Shown here: piece after piece, positions 62,101 to 64,000 of the stretch
Layout of the letters: the number at the start of each line of letters is the position of its first letter
Position numbering within the stretch: position 1 is the stretch's first letter
Source of the DNA: Ophelia neglecta
Taxonomy: Eukaryota
Direction: 5' to 3'
Assembly: GCA_965285935.1 (NCBI GenBank)
Contig: OZ260664.1
Span: forward strand, 65,844,001-65,908,000
DNA: 64,000 nt
The notes under the pieces: generated by a model
Told to the model about the DNA's origin: nothing
What the model saw: only the letters and a program-made list of their open reading frames with translations
The model's database searches: none
Program-made: the position numbers and the translations under genes

Positions 62101-64000
62101 TATGAAAGTTACTTAGTTCCTTTTTGTAGTTGCTGGCATTCAATCCTTTATATTGCACAGCAAAGTAAAATTCTTTTTAGACTTTTTTTTAAAGATTAGG
62201 ACTTGAGGAGGAGCCGGCTTACATATATGTATATGTAGCTGTGTATATATGTATATGTAGCTATGCTTGTCCTTAACGCAGGTGAGAAGTGCAGTGACTT
62301 CGCAAAATCTACGATCGGATATTTTATTTTAAACAAATACAATAGGCCTAGTCCCACCAAGGCCATAGGGACCTTGCTTTTGACATTTGTGCGCCAAAAA
62401 CTGAAAGCAAACAAATGCATGCGATAAGTTTATTTATGCAATGTTTATATTGAATTTTTACGTATCAGCTCCAATACAAAAAGAATCGAATCCAATTTAT
62501 ATGTATTATATGCAACAATACCCCAATTATGAGTGAATTGGATTTTGAGATCCCTCTTTTAATGAAATACTAAATAGATTTCAGTTTATTACTGACCTCA
62601 ATTTATCCTCTTTTTCTAAAGACCCCCTTCGCGGGCCCAGCGTCCCCCCTTCCCCTCCCATGCGCATCCTTTGGTTTGACACTCTGATATTCCTGTTTGC
62701 TCGTCACGCTCCATGGTCCACGGTCATCGATGTCTTCACTTTATGGCGGTTTCCACAGTATTAAGTGTATAATTATCGATTGTGTGGTACAGTTCCTGCC
62801 CGTTCAGTACCATGCACTCACATCTTACGTCAGCTCGAGGCCAGAAAAAACGCTGTCGGCAATCATTATCGTTATTCTGCGACGTGAAAAGGGTCAATAT
62901 TGGTTCAGCTTAAATATGCTTCGATTAATTACAATTTGTTGAGAGTTTATTCCGTAAAACTATACAAGTGTCATTACAGTTTGAAGTTACTGTGATTAGT
63001 ACATGATTTAAAGTCAAAATGCAAGTTCCATTCTAGTAGTGCTTCTTTCTTGAAGGACACGGGGACTATGTATGATGTGTTTTGGAAGTACAATGAAATT
63101 TGATTCTACTTGAATACCAGTGGTAGTTATTGTCCGTTTTAAATTATAGCTATAACTTGTATATTGTACAGAATAGGCCTAACTGCAACAGTGGCAAACC
63201 CAAAGAACCATGTTATTATAAACTTCTCTACCCTACCGTAGTTTGAAGTAGTATCTGCCACCCTGTTTTGGCCTCGGTGAGAGTTGTCCAACGTTTTATG
63301 GCTCCGAAGTCGTTTTATCTACGTTTGCATAAAATATGCTTAGAAATGAATAGAGGAAGAGGCCTGCAACAAAAGTTAGGCCTACAAAAGCCTGCATATT
63401 TTAGATATCGTTAAAACTGTCAGGTCAAAAGCGTGTATACAAACTATATAATTATGTATTTCCAATTTTGAGTTTTTCCTACAGAATTAAACGTTGTTTA
63501 TATGTGCATCTTCTCAGCGAAGCAGTTTAGCTATAGGTTGTAACAATGAAGTAGGAGTCAACGTTCTATTTGACTTTGTGTGTACGTGGTTCAAAAAAGG
63601 TGTTAGCCTCAATAAACTTTTAGCACATCTAAAGGAGGTTTGCACGACAGAAAGTGTTACCAATAACATAAACATGTATAAAATACCTAGGCCTTCATAT
63701 ACAATTGTTCAAAATGTTTTGATATAACTAAATGATGCCTCTCGGGTGGAAAATTGTTGCATAGGATGCCATATAAATTGTCCAACAAGGCAGAAAATAG
63801 CCACACATCGAAATCTATACCAATCTCCTTTGTGTCTCATTCTGTCAGGCGAAAATCTCTGATGATTTGCAAACTCTATTATGCTATTGTTAGAAAACGT
63901 GAATTGTAGCGGATGTATGCAAACTGAAACATTTAATTTGCTATATGCCTTTTCTGTGCCATCGAGAGTTTGCTTACCTTGCTTAAGGATACTGCTCTAA

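Noticed and set aside
59163-64000. Short ORFs (60006, 60666, 60688, 62697, 63494) as further exons or genes
   Set aside because: None shows domain motifs, linker composition or convincing splice sites; the region is probably intronic or intergenic.

Overview
AT-rich animal genomic DNA with GT-AG introns and no operons, most consistent with a marine invertebrate (possibly lophotrochozoan; taxon not determinable from sequence). Gene models were built by hand from splice signals and reading phase. From left to right: (1) the 5' part of LAS1L on the minus strand (3 coding exons), with an intronless synaptotagmin-like gene nested antisense in its second intron; (2) a tRNA-Glu(CTC) just upstream of LAS1L; (3) a complete 23-exon SEL1L3 gene (+, about 1056 aa); (4) a 4-exon SLC16/MCT-family transporter (+, about 515 aa); (5) a 628-bp tandem duplication; (6) a very large secreted protein gene (+, at least 28 exons, over 3,900 aa, 3' end not found) made of at least seven IgGFc-binding (FCGBP N-terminal-like) domains joined by Pro/Ser/Val/Thr-rich linkers. 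Gene 6 is the most unusual element. Its domains fall into subtypes marked by co-varying cysteine pairs, differ strongly in intron content, and no VWD domain is seen in the window. Also present are several TA-flanked MITEs, a poly(A)-only insertion with a 12-bp target-site duplication, and an apparent CpG-poor versus CpG-rich mosaic. No CRISPR arrays, rRNA or autonomous transposons were recognised.
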